IMG/VR virus record: IMGVR_UViG_3300043172_000799
Location: 28,944 to 92,943 of that record
Direction: 5' to 3' (one strand)
DNA: 64,000 bases
Origin: a virus
Lineage: Duplodnaviria; Heunggongvirae; Uroviricota; Caudoviricetes
Part shown: one piece after another, positions 27,787 to 38,400 of the stretch
Position numbering within the stretch: position 1 is the first letter of the stretch
Layout of the letters: each line of letters opens with the position of its first letter
Notes under the pieces: generated by a model
Databases searched by the model: none
Told to the model about the DNA's origin: nothing
Seen by the model: only the letters and a program-made list of their open reading frames with translations
Position numbers and translations under genes: made by a program

Positions 27787-27885
27787 ACTGAAAATCTTAG
27801 TAAAGGCGATGACTGGGAAGAAGATTTTGAAGAAGAATTAAAGTTTATGGGCAAACACGCCGATGATATAAGTATAAGAAATTAA
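27787..27885 (+). pseudogene. 3' remnant of an HNH endonuclease gene fused to the truncated last repeat
   Basis: Reads TENLSKGDDWEEDFEEELK...*, matching the C-terminal N..K.D.WEE motif of the neighbouring HNH (DNLEKLDKWEEDL). Confidence 0.65.
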
Positions 27886-27888
27886 AAA

Positions 27889-27940
27889 CTGTCTTTTCTC
27901 TCGCGCGAGACTGGCAGAAATGTCAGGAGAGAGGAGACAG
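27889..27940 (+). promoter_or_regulatory. Structured 5' leader sequestering the RBS of the HNH gene
   Basis: 14-bp stem CTGTCTTTTCTCTC/GAGAGAGGAGACAG covering AGGAGA, enclosing hairpin CTGGCA-GAAA-TGTCAG. Confidence 0.7.
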
Positions 27941-27947
27941 GATTTAT

Positions 27948-28799
27948 ATGACAGAAGAAAAATATCTCATTACAGAAAAAGGCAGAGAATGCCCTAAATG
28001 TGGTGAGTTTAAAGAATGGGAAGAATTTGGCAAGAGAAAAGGTAGACCATCTGGATATGCCAGCAGTTGTAAAGAATGTGGCAGGAAGTATGCTAGGAAA
28101 TATTCAAAAAGTAATAAACAAAAAATAAATCAATATGCAAAAGAGTACCGAAGTAACAACAAAGAGCAAATAGAGGAGTATATGGTTGGCTACCGTACTA
28201 CAAATGCTGAGAATACTAAAGAGTATAATAAAAGATATAAGGAAGAAAATAAAGAGTCTCTTAAAGAACATTACTTAGAGAATTTTGAAGCTACAAGACA
28301 TATTAGAGAGCAATATTATTGTAATAATAAGGAAGTGATGCAGTCTAATAATAAGAGATACCGTCACAACAACAAAGAAGGAATAAAAGCTAAAGCCAAA
28401 AGATATGATCTGGAAAATAAAGCTAAACGAAATTATAGAAATAAGGAGAGACGTAAATCTGATCTTAATTTTAAAATAGTTACCAGCTTACGCTCCAGAA
28501 TGGGTAATGCTTTGAAAGCTCAAAATTCTGAGAAATTTTTTCATGCATTAGATATATTAGGATGTTCTCCAGCAGAGTGTGTTAGTCATCTGGAAAAACA
28601 ATTCACAGAGGGTATGTCTTGGAGTAATCATGCAAAAGACGGATGGCATATAGATCATATTAGACCTTGTGCTTCTTTTGACCTAACTATTCCTGAACAG
28701 CAAAAGTTATGCTTCCACTACACAAATTTACAACCTTTATGGTGGTATGATAATTTAGAAAAACTGGATAAATGGGAAGAAGACTTAGATAATGAATAA
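27948..28799 (+). CDS. Free-standing HNH homing endonuclease
   Basis: N-terminal CPKC...CKEC, YRxNNKE repeats, WHIDHIRPCASFDL...CFHYTNLQPLW..DN core. Confidence 0.92.
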   Translation: MTEEKYLITEKGRECPKCGEFKEWEEFGKRKGRPSGYASSCKECGRKYARKYSKSNKQKINQYAKEYRSNNKEQIEEYMVGYRTTNAENTKEYNKRYKEENKESLKEHYLENFEATRHIREQYYCNNKEVMQSNNKRYRHNNKEGIKAKAKRYDLENKAKRNYRNKERRKSDLNFKIVTSLRSRMGNALKAQNSEKFFHALDILGCSPAECVSHLEKQFTEGMSWSNHAKDGWHIDHIRPCASFDLTIPEQQKLCFHYTNLQPLWWYDNLEKLDKWEEDLDNE

Positions 28800-28884
28800 A
28801 ATGTAACTCGCAAGAGATTTGTCTGGAAGGTGACAACCGGACGTAAAGACCTTTCTTAAGCGAAAGGCTAGGATCATCCTATTT

Positions 28885-28912
28885 AAGACACCCTTAATTG
28901 GGTGTCTTTTCT
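28885..28912 (+). terminator. Intrinsic terminator closing the accessory island
   Basis: AAGACACCC-TTAATT-GGGTGTCTT followed by TTCT. Confidence 0.8.
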
Positions 28913-28952
28913 GTTTATAACTCCAATCCAACCAAATTCCCTCCAAATCACT

Positions 28953-28988
28953 CACTTGTGTGCTCCACAGTAAATCATAATGTACACT
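28953..28988 (+). promoter_or_regulatory. Candidate late promoter, copy 2
   Basis: CACTTGTGTGCTCCA then TACACT 30 nt after motif start; upstream of scaffold and capsid genes. Confidence 0.5.
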
Positions 28989-29120
28989 TAGGTAAGATCA
29001 AATAAGAAACTAATGCCTCAGCAGAAGCCTAGGGACTTTGGATCTGCCCATCAGTAGATGTGGCTATATTAATTTTTAATTCTCATATTATTTATGAGGG
29101 CAATTAACAGGAGTTAAACG

Positions 29121-29915
29121 ATGCCATTTTTCGACGAAGTAGTAATCCCAAGTTTAAAAGAAGATGTTGATCCAAGTACAATTGAAGTAGGATTCAATGA
29201 GTATGTGACAAAGCAGAATGAGAGTTTTTCAAAGGGACTCAGGGAAAATCGTGATACGATTCTAGAAGAGAAAAAATCCCTAGCAACCCAAATGAAAGAA
29301 GTTCAAGAGCAGTATGCTTTCCTAGAAGGGAAAGAGTTCAATGCTGATGCATATAACAAAATGAATTCGGATTTAGAATCCTATAAATCATCTGCCAATA
29401 AAGATGAAGAAGAGTTTAGACAGCAATTGACCGATCAATATGAAAAAGGTAAAAAGTCTTATGAGGAGACAGTAACCCCGACTATCAATTCACTTAATCT
29501 TAAACTAGAAGAAGCAGTTAAGTCTAGGGATACATACCAGAACCAGTATAAGAACTACCTTAAAGATAGTGCTCTCAGAAAAGCTGTATCAGATATAGGT
29601 GCAGACATGGATGAGTGGACGTTTGAAGGTTTTAAGACTTCAGCCAAGATTGATTATGATGATGGAGGAGGTATCAAAGATATCTCTGTTAAGCATGATG
29701 GTGGATATATCCCAATCGAGGATTGGTCCAAGATCTTCCCAACGACTGACCGAGGCAAGAAAATGATTAAGCAGCCCATAAACGGTCCAGGTGGTGGAGC
29801 AAAAGGGTCAGGATCAGGAACTGGTGGAGCTGTTACTTTAGAAGACATTAATAATATGGAAGATGCTGGGGCACGTAGAGTTGCACTAGCTAAATACATG
29901 GAAGGTAAAAAGTAA
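29121..29915 (+). CDS. Capsid scaffolding protein
   Basis: Acidic coiled coil with Gly-rich C-terminal linker, directly before the major capsid gene. Confidence 0.75.
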   Translation: MPFFDEVVIPSLKEDVDPSTIEVGFNEYVTKQNESFSKGLRENRDTILEEKKSLATQMKEVQEQYAFLEGKEFNADAYNKMNSDLESYKSSANKDEEEFRQQLTDQYEKGKKSYEETVTPTINSLNLKLEEAVKSRDTYQNQYKNYLKDSALRKAVSDIGADMDEWTFEGFKTSAKIDYDDGGGIKDISVKHDGGYIPIEDWSKIFPTTDRGKKMIKQPINGPGGGAKGSGSGTGGAVTLEDINNMEDAGARRVALAKYMEGKK

Positions 29916-29958
29916 TAAACTTTTTATTATATTTTAAGTAGAAAAAACGGAGGCATAT

Positions 29959-30798
29959 ATGTCAGTAGAAAATTTTAAACCAACGATTTGGTCAGACCTT
30001 ATTTTTATGGAGTATGACAAATCTTTGGTATTTGCACCCCTGATGAACAGGGATTATGAAGGCGAAATTCAGGCAGGTGGATCATCTGTAAAGATTAACG
30101 AAATTGGTGATGTAACTACCAAAGCATACACAGGAACAGTTGCTTATGAAGATCCAAAGGATGCTTCAAAGTTCCTTCTTATAGATCAGGAATTTTATGC
30201 TGCCGTTAAGGTAGAGGATATTGATCAGGCACAGGCAAAACCAAAGGTTATGGCAAAAATTGCTAATCGTATTGGTGTTTCTCTTGCAGAAACAATGGAT
30301 GAATATCTGGCAAGCCTCTCTGCTGAAGCAGGGATCACTTCCGGTCTAGGTACTGAAGCTGTTCCTATTTCCATCACATCAGCAAATGTAACTAATTACC
30401 TTTCCCTTGTTGCACAGGGTATGGACGAGCAGAATTGTCCACAGGGTGGGAGGGTCGCAGTTGTCCCCCCATGGTTCGTGCAGAAGCTTACACTTGCAAA
30501 AATCACACTTGATACAAACAACAGTGATACACTCTCTACAGGTTTTGTAGGAAACTACTACGGATTTGATTTGTTTATGAGCAACAGTGTAGAGCATAAT
30601 GCGGCAGTTTGGTACAAGCCAATGTTCTTCCTAAGAAATGATTCTATTGCTTTTGCAGAACAGCTTGTAAGAACTGAAGGAATGAGAGCAGAAAATTCTT
30701 TTTCTGATCTTATGAGATCTCTTACAGTATACGGTGGAAAAGTAACTCGTCCAAACTCTTTGGCAGTACTTACATGTGCTTTTGGTGCAGAGAGCTGA
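29959..30798 (+). CDS. Major capsid protein (P22-coat-like family)
   Basis: F.P.IWS...NRDYEGEI...G.SVKIN.IG motif, IDQ..Y.A.KV.DID, YG.KV.RP. Confidence 0.88.
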   Translation: MSVENFKPTIWSDLIFMEYDKSLVFAPLMNRDYEGEIQAGGSSVKINEIGDVTTKAYTGTVAYEDPKDASKFLLIDQEFYAAVKVEDIDQAQAKPKVMAKIANRIGVSLAETMDEYLASLSAEAGITSGLGTEAVPISITSANVTNYLSLVAQGMDEQNCPQGGRVAVVPPWFVQKLTLAKITLDTNNSDTLSTGFVGNYYGFDLFMSNSVEHNAAVWYKPMFFLRNDSIAFAEQLVRTEGMRAENSFSDLMRSLTVYGGKVTRPNSLAVLTCAFGAES

Positions 30799-30821
30799 GA
30801 TTAATTAGAAAGGATTTCTAA

Positions 30822-31112
30822 ATGGCAAGAGCAAAAAAAGAGGATAAAGTAGAGGCGAAAGTCCCTACTTTAGATCCTAAAAAAGTTGAAGAAGTTGTTG
30901 AAGCGAAAGTGGATGAGCTTGTTATTGAAGAGGTTGATGAAGCTAAGGCTGAAAAACCTGTAGTAAAAGACAAAGAGCCTGAAGTTAAAATTGAAAAAAC
31001 TGAAAAGCCTGAAGTCAAAGAAAAAGTAGAAAAAACTCCTTGTGAGAAATGTTCTATAAAGTTTGGTAGTCCAGCTTGTAAAAGTTGTATTATCTTCAAA
31101 CGTATGAAATAA
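30822..31112 (+). CDS. E/K/V-rich low-complexity protein with C-terminal CxxC...CxxC
   Basis: 96-aa ORF after the capsid gene. Confidence 0.65.
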   Translation: MARAKKEDKVEAKVPTLDPKKVEEVVEAKVDELVIEEVDEAKAEKPVVKDKEPEVKIEKTEKPEVKEKVEKTPCEKCSIKFGSPACKSCIIFKRMK

Positions 31113-31124
31113 TTGGAGGAATAA

Positions 31125-31487
31125 ATGGCTAGAAGTGCAGTAACTGTAGCAAATTTGCTAAAGTATAATACAGCGTATGATATTACCGCAGATGCAATTG
31201 ATCTGGCAAATGATCATAGCATTGATATTACAGATATCAAAGATGATCTCTTTATGGTGATGATTGAGAACACAAGTACTCTTGCAGGTACAGCAACATT
31301 CGTTGCAAGTGCTTTCAACTCTGAAAGTGGACAGGGTGATCTTGTTGTCACAGTTGGTGATAGTGCAATTCAGGTGATCACACTTGAATCAGCAAGATTC
31401 AAAGGATCTGACGGTCTTCTCCTGATTGATATGGCATCTACAGGTGCTCTTGCAGGTAGAATTTTTGCATCAGAATTACCTAGATAA
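31125..31487 (+). CDS. Putative head decoration / minor structural protein
   Basis: 120 aa, beta-rich composition, ESARFK..DG motif; position after capsid. Confidence 0.55.
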   Translation: MARSAVTVANLLKYNTAYDITADAIDLANDHSIDITDIKDDLFMVMIENTSTLAGTATFVASAFNSESGQGDLVVTVGDSAIQVITLESARFKGSDGLLLIDMASTGALAGRIFASELPR

Positions 31488-31498
31488 AGGAAGTAAAA

Positions 31499-32107
31499 AT
31501 GGATAAAAGTGTAGTCATTCTTGGAACTGGCATGACACTTTCTAAATTCAATAAAAGTGAACACAATGGCTCTGAAATATGGGCTGTTGGTTCTGCTTTT
31601 AAAGTACTAAAAAATACAGACATTAATATAGATAAATATTTTTGTTTACATAACAATGAAACACTAGAATTTGACGGAGATATCATCGACCAAAATAAAT
31701 ACCCATTGCAATCGATTATTTCAAAATTTAACAGTAAATTCTTCACAAACTCAATATCTTATATGATAGCATTTGCTTTATATAATGATATCAAAAAGAT
31801 ATCAATCTACGGAGTTGATATGGATTCTGAGAGTGAGTACGAATTTGAACGTCCTAGTGTTGCTTATTGGATGGGTTTTGCAAGAGGATTGTCGGTAGAA
31901 GTAGAGATTGCTTCTAACATTGACAGTCCTATTTTTTTGTATGGATTTGAAGATTATAGCCCCTTAGTAAAGAGGCTTACAGATAGAATGAATTGGTCTA
32001 AACAAATGGCTGACAACTACTTAGAAGAAAAAGATGTTCGCAGAGCAGATCAGTTTATAGGACAATACGCTGATAATAAATATTGGCTTAGAGAATTAAG
32101 AGGATAA
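31499..32107 (+). CDS. Rossmann-like hypothetical protein (sialyltransferase/MptE-like fold candidate)
   Basis: VVILGTG, IWAVG, NSISYMIAFA, I.IYGVDM, EY..ERP motifs. Confidence 0.5.
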   Translation: MDKSVVILGTGMTLSKFNKSEHNGSEIWAVGSAFKVLKNTDINIDKYFCLHNNETLEFDGDIIDQNKYPLQSIISKFNSKFFTNSISYMIAFALYNDIKKISIYGVDMDSESEYEFERPSVAYWMGFARGLSVEVEIASNIDSPIFLYGFEDYSPLVKRLTDRMNWSKQMADNYLEEKDVRRADQFIGQYADNKYWLRELRG

Positions 32108-32176
32108 TAATAGAGAAAACAATAATGATCTACAGGAATAGACCTGACTGTTTCTCATAACCATACGGAGGAAAGT

Positions 32177-32473
32177 ATGTCAGAAACAAACGTAACAACC
32201 CATAATATAGAAAGAATAACATCTCCTTTACAAATTTTACTAACAGAGGGAAGTTCATATCCTTATGACCTATCTTCCAATAGTATAAGTAGAATTTCAA
32301 TATCTAATAATACATCTACTGAAATTACAATAGTATTAACAGATATTAGTACAGTAGAAAGAAGTATAAGATTAACAGCAAATAAGAATTTTGAATCTCC
32401 TGTCACACAGTTGAGTTCAATTAATACCAGTGCAATCACTAGTTTTGATATAGCTCTTTTCGGAGGTGCATAA
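32177..32473 (+). CDS. Small virion-associated protein
   Basis: 98 aa, GGAGG RBS; N-terminus shared with ORFs 39299 and 40099. Confidence 0.6.
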   Translation: MSETNVTTHNIERITSPLQILLTEGSSYPYDLSSNSISRISISNNTSTEITIVLTDISTVERSIRLTANKNFESPVTQLSSINTSAITSFDIALFGGA

Positions 32474-35400
32474 TATGGGATATTCAGGTGGTGGAGAAGG
32501 AATTGGAATCAAATACATAGATGCTACACACAGACTATCTATTGATCCAGAGACTGGAAATATAATAGCAGAAGAGTTGGTTGATGATATATGGCAACCT
32601 GGGTCGTTTGAAGCTGGTGCTAATTCGTTTTGGCTCAGATATGTTGGTCTTGCAGGTATAGGACATCATTTAGCAACTGAGTTAAAAGATGGGCATTTTC
32701 ATTTTTTTGCTCATTCAGAATTTGATGGGGAATTAACCACTCAGGATACCCAGATAATTTATGCATATAATTATGAGGCAAGGAGAATCTACCAGCCTGA
32801 CGATAGTACTACTTTCACAGGTAAAAATATAGAGTTTACTTTTCCTTCAGATGTTCACGTATTGGCAGAAAATGTTTATTACAAAACAGGTCCGACAGGT
32901 CCAACAACTCCAGTAAAAATTCAAGTATGGAAAGGAAGTGATGATACAGGGTTAAAGGTATTTGATCAAACTTATCCTGCTTCTGATTTTACGGCTGATT
33001 CTGAAATACAGTTAGCATATAACGGGTATGTAGAGTATGATGAGGATCAGACTTATTTTTTAAGATATTCCTGTGATACTGCTTTCTCATTAAAAGCAGA
33101 TGCAACAACATCATATGTATGGTTTGCAGCTGATGTTTCAGATGTCAGAGAAGATAGTATACTGCAAGTAAGATCCTATGAAAGCCGTAGTGATGGTGTT
33201 TATAGCTTTACTTCCGGTGAAGACTGGGCAATAGAGAATAATAAAATATATATATGTAATGCTACAGGAACTCAGACAGGAGATTTTGCAAGCAATTCTG
33301 ACAAATGGGAAACTATTGGTGATTCTCATATTACTTACAATGAAGTAGCAAATTATGCATCATTACCTGACCCTGCTGAACATACATCTAAAATGTATAT
33401 AGTTCTTAATTCAACCGGATTTGACTGGAATAGAAGAAAAGGTTTATATCATTCTGACGGCGTGACATGGACAAGATTATCAAATGTTTCATTTGAGGTG
33501 ACAGACGCAGACGCACTTTTTAGAGATGATCTTGACAATAGTAAAATAGCAAAATTTGAATTATCAGAAATCTCAGCAGATACAACTAGAACTTATAACT
33601 TTCCTGATGTTTCTGGAAGAATATTTGTCGACGGAATGACTGCTGATGTTATGTTGAATGGGGATTTGAATCTTAACAGTGCAGGTAAAATTGTTAATAT
33701 GGTTAATCCCACCCTTGACCAGGATGCTGCAACTAAAAATTATGTGGATTCTCATAGTGTTAATGGAGCATGGACAAGAACAGGAACAGTATTAAGCCCT
33801 ACAAATGCAGGAGACACAGTAGGATTTGGAACAGATGTTAGATGGAATACTAGAGCAAACACCGGTGCAAACTTAGAACTCCAAGACGCAATCCCCGAGT
33901 ATTACAATTCTGAACTAGATCTATGGATACCAACAGGTATTGCAGCAGGTTCAGAGGGTTTATGGATTGGTGATACTCAGATTGTGCCTTACAACGGACT
34001 AACTTCATGGAAAACCAGAACAGGTGAAATAACTCTCCCAGTTCACGTTCACCATGATTTAGACTATATAGGGACTGATCAAAGAGCACATTATAGAACT
34101 GGTATTGATAGACTTACTAATTTTGTTATTCAACCTATTGTTACTGACGAATGGGTTGGGACTTTACTACCTCATTATGGGACTGCATTTATAGGTGGAG
34201 TATTTCACTCATTTACTACTGTTGCAGGTAATACAAAGCCAAATGCAGCAGTTGAATTTTACATATTCACTGGTCATATAACCAAAGCGCAATTCTTCGC
34301 TGATAAAGTAACTAACAGATTACTTAAGACATATATTCCTGCTTCTACTTGGGATTATGAAATAACACCATTTACTATTGAATTTGAAGCTGGGTTAGAA
34401 TTACACATTGGAGAAGAATATACTGCTTTTCTTTATAGTCCTGATGGAGATTTTTCATTTTTAGGGGCACCAGATCCAATATGGAATCCTTGGGAAACAG
34501 AAGAAATATTCCAACCATTTTTTGAAGTAGATGTCACTCGCCAGGAAATTAGATATACTATCGATTATGGCGATGATGAAAATGTTACTGTACCGAGTAA
34601 TCTTTTCTCAACTGCTGGTGATATTGCAGCAATGACTGGAAATCTATTTGCCTTTGGAGAAACTGGAGAATCAACCAATACTATGATTGGTGGCGCAGGT
34701 ATTAATGCTTTAAGTTTAAATCAAAGTATTGGTATAGGTTTTGATGCACTATATAATTCAACAGCACTACAAAATGTAATTAGTATAGGTCATGCATCAG
34801 GTGCAGGATCAAGTGGTGAAGATTGTTTATACTTAGGAAAACAAGCTGGTGAAAATAATACAGTTGACGGTAAACTCTTCATTGCAAATGTTACAGACGT
34901 TTTATTAGAAGGAAGTTTTACTGATAAGTGGCTTAAGGTTCATGGTGAAATTACAACAGAATTTCACGGTGGCTTTGGTCATTATGAAAACTTAGCTTTT
35001 ACATCTGAAGATATAATGCTTGACGATGACGGTGCGTGGAGAAATATAAATTCCGTTTCTTCTACAGAAGGACACACAGCACCAAATGGAGAAGATACTG
35101 CTGTTCAGTATAGTTTCGGTTGGATGGGTCTAGTGGCAAAAGGATACTGGAATGATTTTGAAGAGGCTACTGAATATACGGTTTCAGTTTGGGCGAAATT
35201 TATCAGTGGTGATGGTGCAGTTTTTAGAGTAAATTTAGGTGGTGATGGAATAAGTGGGCCAAGTATAACAACAACTTCTGAATGGGTTCGTTATGAAATG
35301 CCTCTTACCTCTGGGACAGCCAATGGTGAATTACACCTCTGGAAGATGACTAGTACCGGAATTATTCAATTTTGGGGATGGCAGATTAATACAGGTAATA

Positions 35401-38400
35401 TAGCACTACCTTATATTAAAACACATAGAAATCCAACTGAATTAAACTATGGTAGTTGGACAAATGGTTATTTACCTGATACAAATATTCACGGTAATTT
35501 GACTTTAGGTGTTGATACTTATGATCTCGATAGAAACAAATTAAATATCATAACTGATGCTGGCAATAATTTAGCTCAGCCTCTTAGATTGATTACTAAT
35601 GCTTCTGGAGCCGGAGCTGCTACTGGAATAATCTTTCAAACAACTTCTCTTATACACCTATATGGAAAGGGTGGTATATTCTTTGAATCAGATGGTTCTG
35701 GTTATGGTCAAGGAAGTCTGCATCTTTGTAATGCTGGTAGTGGGACTGCTGATGTCACCATTGCTCATTCTGCAATAAAAATTGATAGCTCTCGTAGAGT
35801 TGGTGTTGGAATGAATTATGCTGATGTTCCAAAAGCTAATCTTCATCTTGTAGCTAGTAATGCTACCTCTGCTTTTGATACAATAGCCAATGATCGAGGT
35901 ATGATCATTACCGGCAAAGAGGGATACACCAGATTGTACTTTGAGTCAGCGAATGCCGCAACTAATCTTGGGACTTTTGTTATTGATAATAATTATGGAC
36001 AATTAAGATTCGGTTCATTGAATGATGGAGCACTGACAGACAGACAAGCTCATTTTATTGTTCTGGATAGTGCTACTGGATTCATTGGGATAGGACATAA
36101 AGATCCTCTAGCTCGATTAGATGTTAGTGGTGATGCAATTGTAAGTACAGAATTGACTGTTGGAAAATATGCCACAACCGCTGGTAAAATTACAATACTG
36201 GACAGTGGCAGTAAAACAGAACCACCTGAGATATTTTCAGACGCTCTTGGGAATTTAACACTTAAAGCTACTGCAAATACAGCCAATATTATAATGAATA
36301 TTGATGGATTCCAAGGATACTTTGTAGTCCAAGACCAAACTGATACTAACTTAATGACAGTTAGACACACTACAGGCAATACATGGATTAAGGGTACTAC
36401 TACTTTGGGTGGGAGTTTAATCTTAGAAGATCCATCAGTTACTTTTGATAGTACCCTTGTATTTAATGATGGTACAAGAGATAGATTATCTTTACAGTCA
36501 ACCATAGCTATAATTAGTTCTGCTAATGGGTATTCAAGTTTCCAGATATTTGATTCATCAATGAAAATGGTTCAGGATTCAATAGCCAGAATAGGTGTTG
36601 ATGGTGAATCATCATATTTAAGGTCACATAATGAAAATAACTTATTAGTTGTTGATAACACAAATACAACTATTACGGGCCCTTTTAATGTAAATGGAAA
36701 TACAGTTATAATGGGTGATGTGACTGTAGATGGTGAATTGTATCATCGGGGTGGACCTAAAGGTGCAACTGGAATATTACAAAACTATGTAGAATTTTCA
36801 CATGAATATGTTGACCCAGGAAATTTCAATCTCTCTACTACATGGTGGTGGCATAATGAAGCTGAGAATACTATAACATCTGTAACTGAAGCTGCACCTG
36901 ATTTATCAGATAGTGCAACCAGAATAGATATTGGTGATGGCGGATTTTATGATGATATAGTAATCCTTAGAGGATTTAAAAACACTAATCCATTGGCTAA
37001 TGATACTACATATACAGTCAGTATGTGGGTTAGACTAGAAAGTGGTGATGGTGACTTTTTAATAGCTGCTACTACTAACAGTGAAATAAGGATTGCAACA
37101 TCTGAATGGAAAAGATATTGGTATACGTTTACTACTGATTCAAGTGTGGAGCATTTGGTTGAGATACATAAGAAAACAGCTTTAGGTACTTTTGATATTT
37201 GGGGTTGGCAAGTAGTTGACGGAGAAAATTTAACTCAATTCGTACCAGGTTTTGGTGATCCAAGTCTATATCTGAGTCCTGATTGGGGAGCATCAGTTAA
37301 TGGCGAGTTTGTAGTTAATAATGCATTTAGAGATGTTTTTAAAGTGCAGTCAACAGGAGGAAGATTTAATTTTTTCAATAGTAAAAGTGGTCAATCTACT
37401 GAGCCTGGAGGATTATGGATTCACAATGTTACGAGTGGAGATGCATCTCTTTCATTTTCCGCAGGATTAGCAGATAGATGGACGATATATCAAGATGCAA
37501 GCCAACAATACCGTTTTAGATTTTATAATTCCGCTATTGATGAGTCCGTTTTAGCTATAACAACTGTAGGAGACCTTGAACTTAATATAGCTGATGCTAA
37601 AATTAAATCTTCCGACGGCACCGGTTACTTTCAATTTGGTTATGGTGGTGATATCCTTTGGAGGGATGTTGACAATTCAGTTGATAGGTTTGAAGTAAAT
37701 AATACAAATACACATTTACGTTCTCCTGATGGGGATAATGATATTGCTGTTAATAATATTGGTGTTGCCATAGGTATTAATTCAACTTCTGGTAATTTCT
37801 TAGTACATGATGAATCTGCTGTTGAATTATTCAATATAGACAAAGATGGTAATACAAGATTTACAGGGAATTCAGTTATTAATAGTCCAACGACTACTGG
37901 TCTTGCGCTTAATATCCAAGCTAATGATTTAATAACTGGAATGGCTCTCAGTGTTGCAAGTAATTCTGCTGATACTTCAACTAGAAATTTAGTTCGTATT
38001 CTAAATGATAATGCTTTGGCCACTGGAACGACAGCTTTATCGATTCAGCAAGATAGTACCGGCCTTGCTTTGGAAGTAATTGGAAGTGCGAAATTTGATA
38101 CGGACACTTTATTTGTTGATTCAGTAAATCACAGACTAGGAGTCAATAATTTATCGCCTAATGTTGACTTGGATATCAATGGGAATGCCGAAGTTCATGG
38201 TTCGAATCCGACCAATACATGCTTTTTGGTTCAAAATAGTAATTTAACGACAGGTATTTTATCCTACTTTTACAGTGATTCAACCAGTTCAGAAGAAAGA
38301 GAATTAGTAAGGATTCGCAACACCAGTGGTGCAGCGGATATGACCACTTGCTTTGCACTTCATCAAGATGCAAATCACATAGGATTACATGCACATCTTC

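Noticed and set aside
27526-27885. 119-aa ORF running through the CRISPR array
   Set aside because: Artefact of 66-nt repeat-spacer units keeping frame (repeating VTSYIGVWIET). It has no RBS; only the last 32 codons are meaningful, as the HNH remnant.
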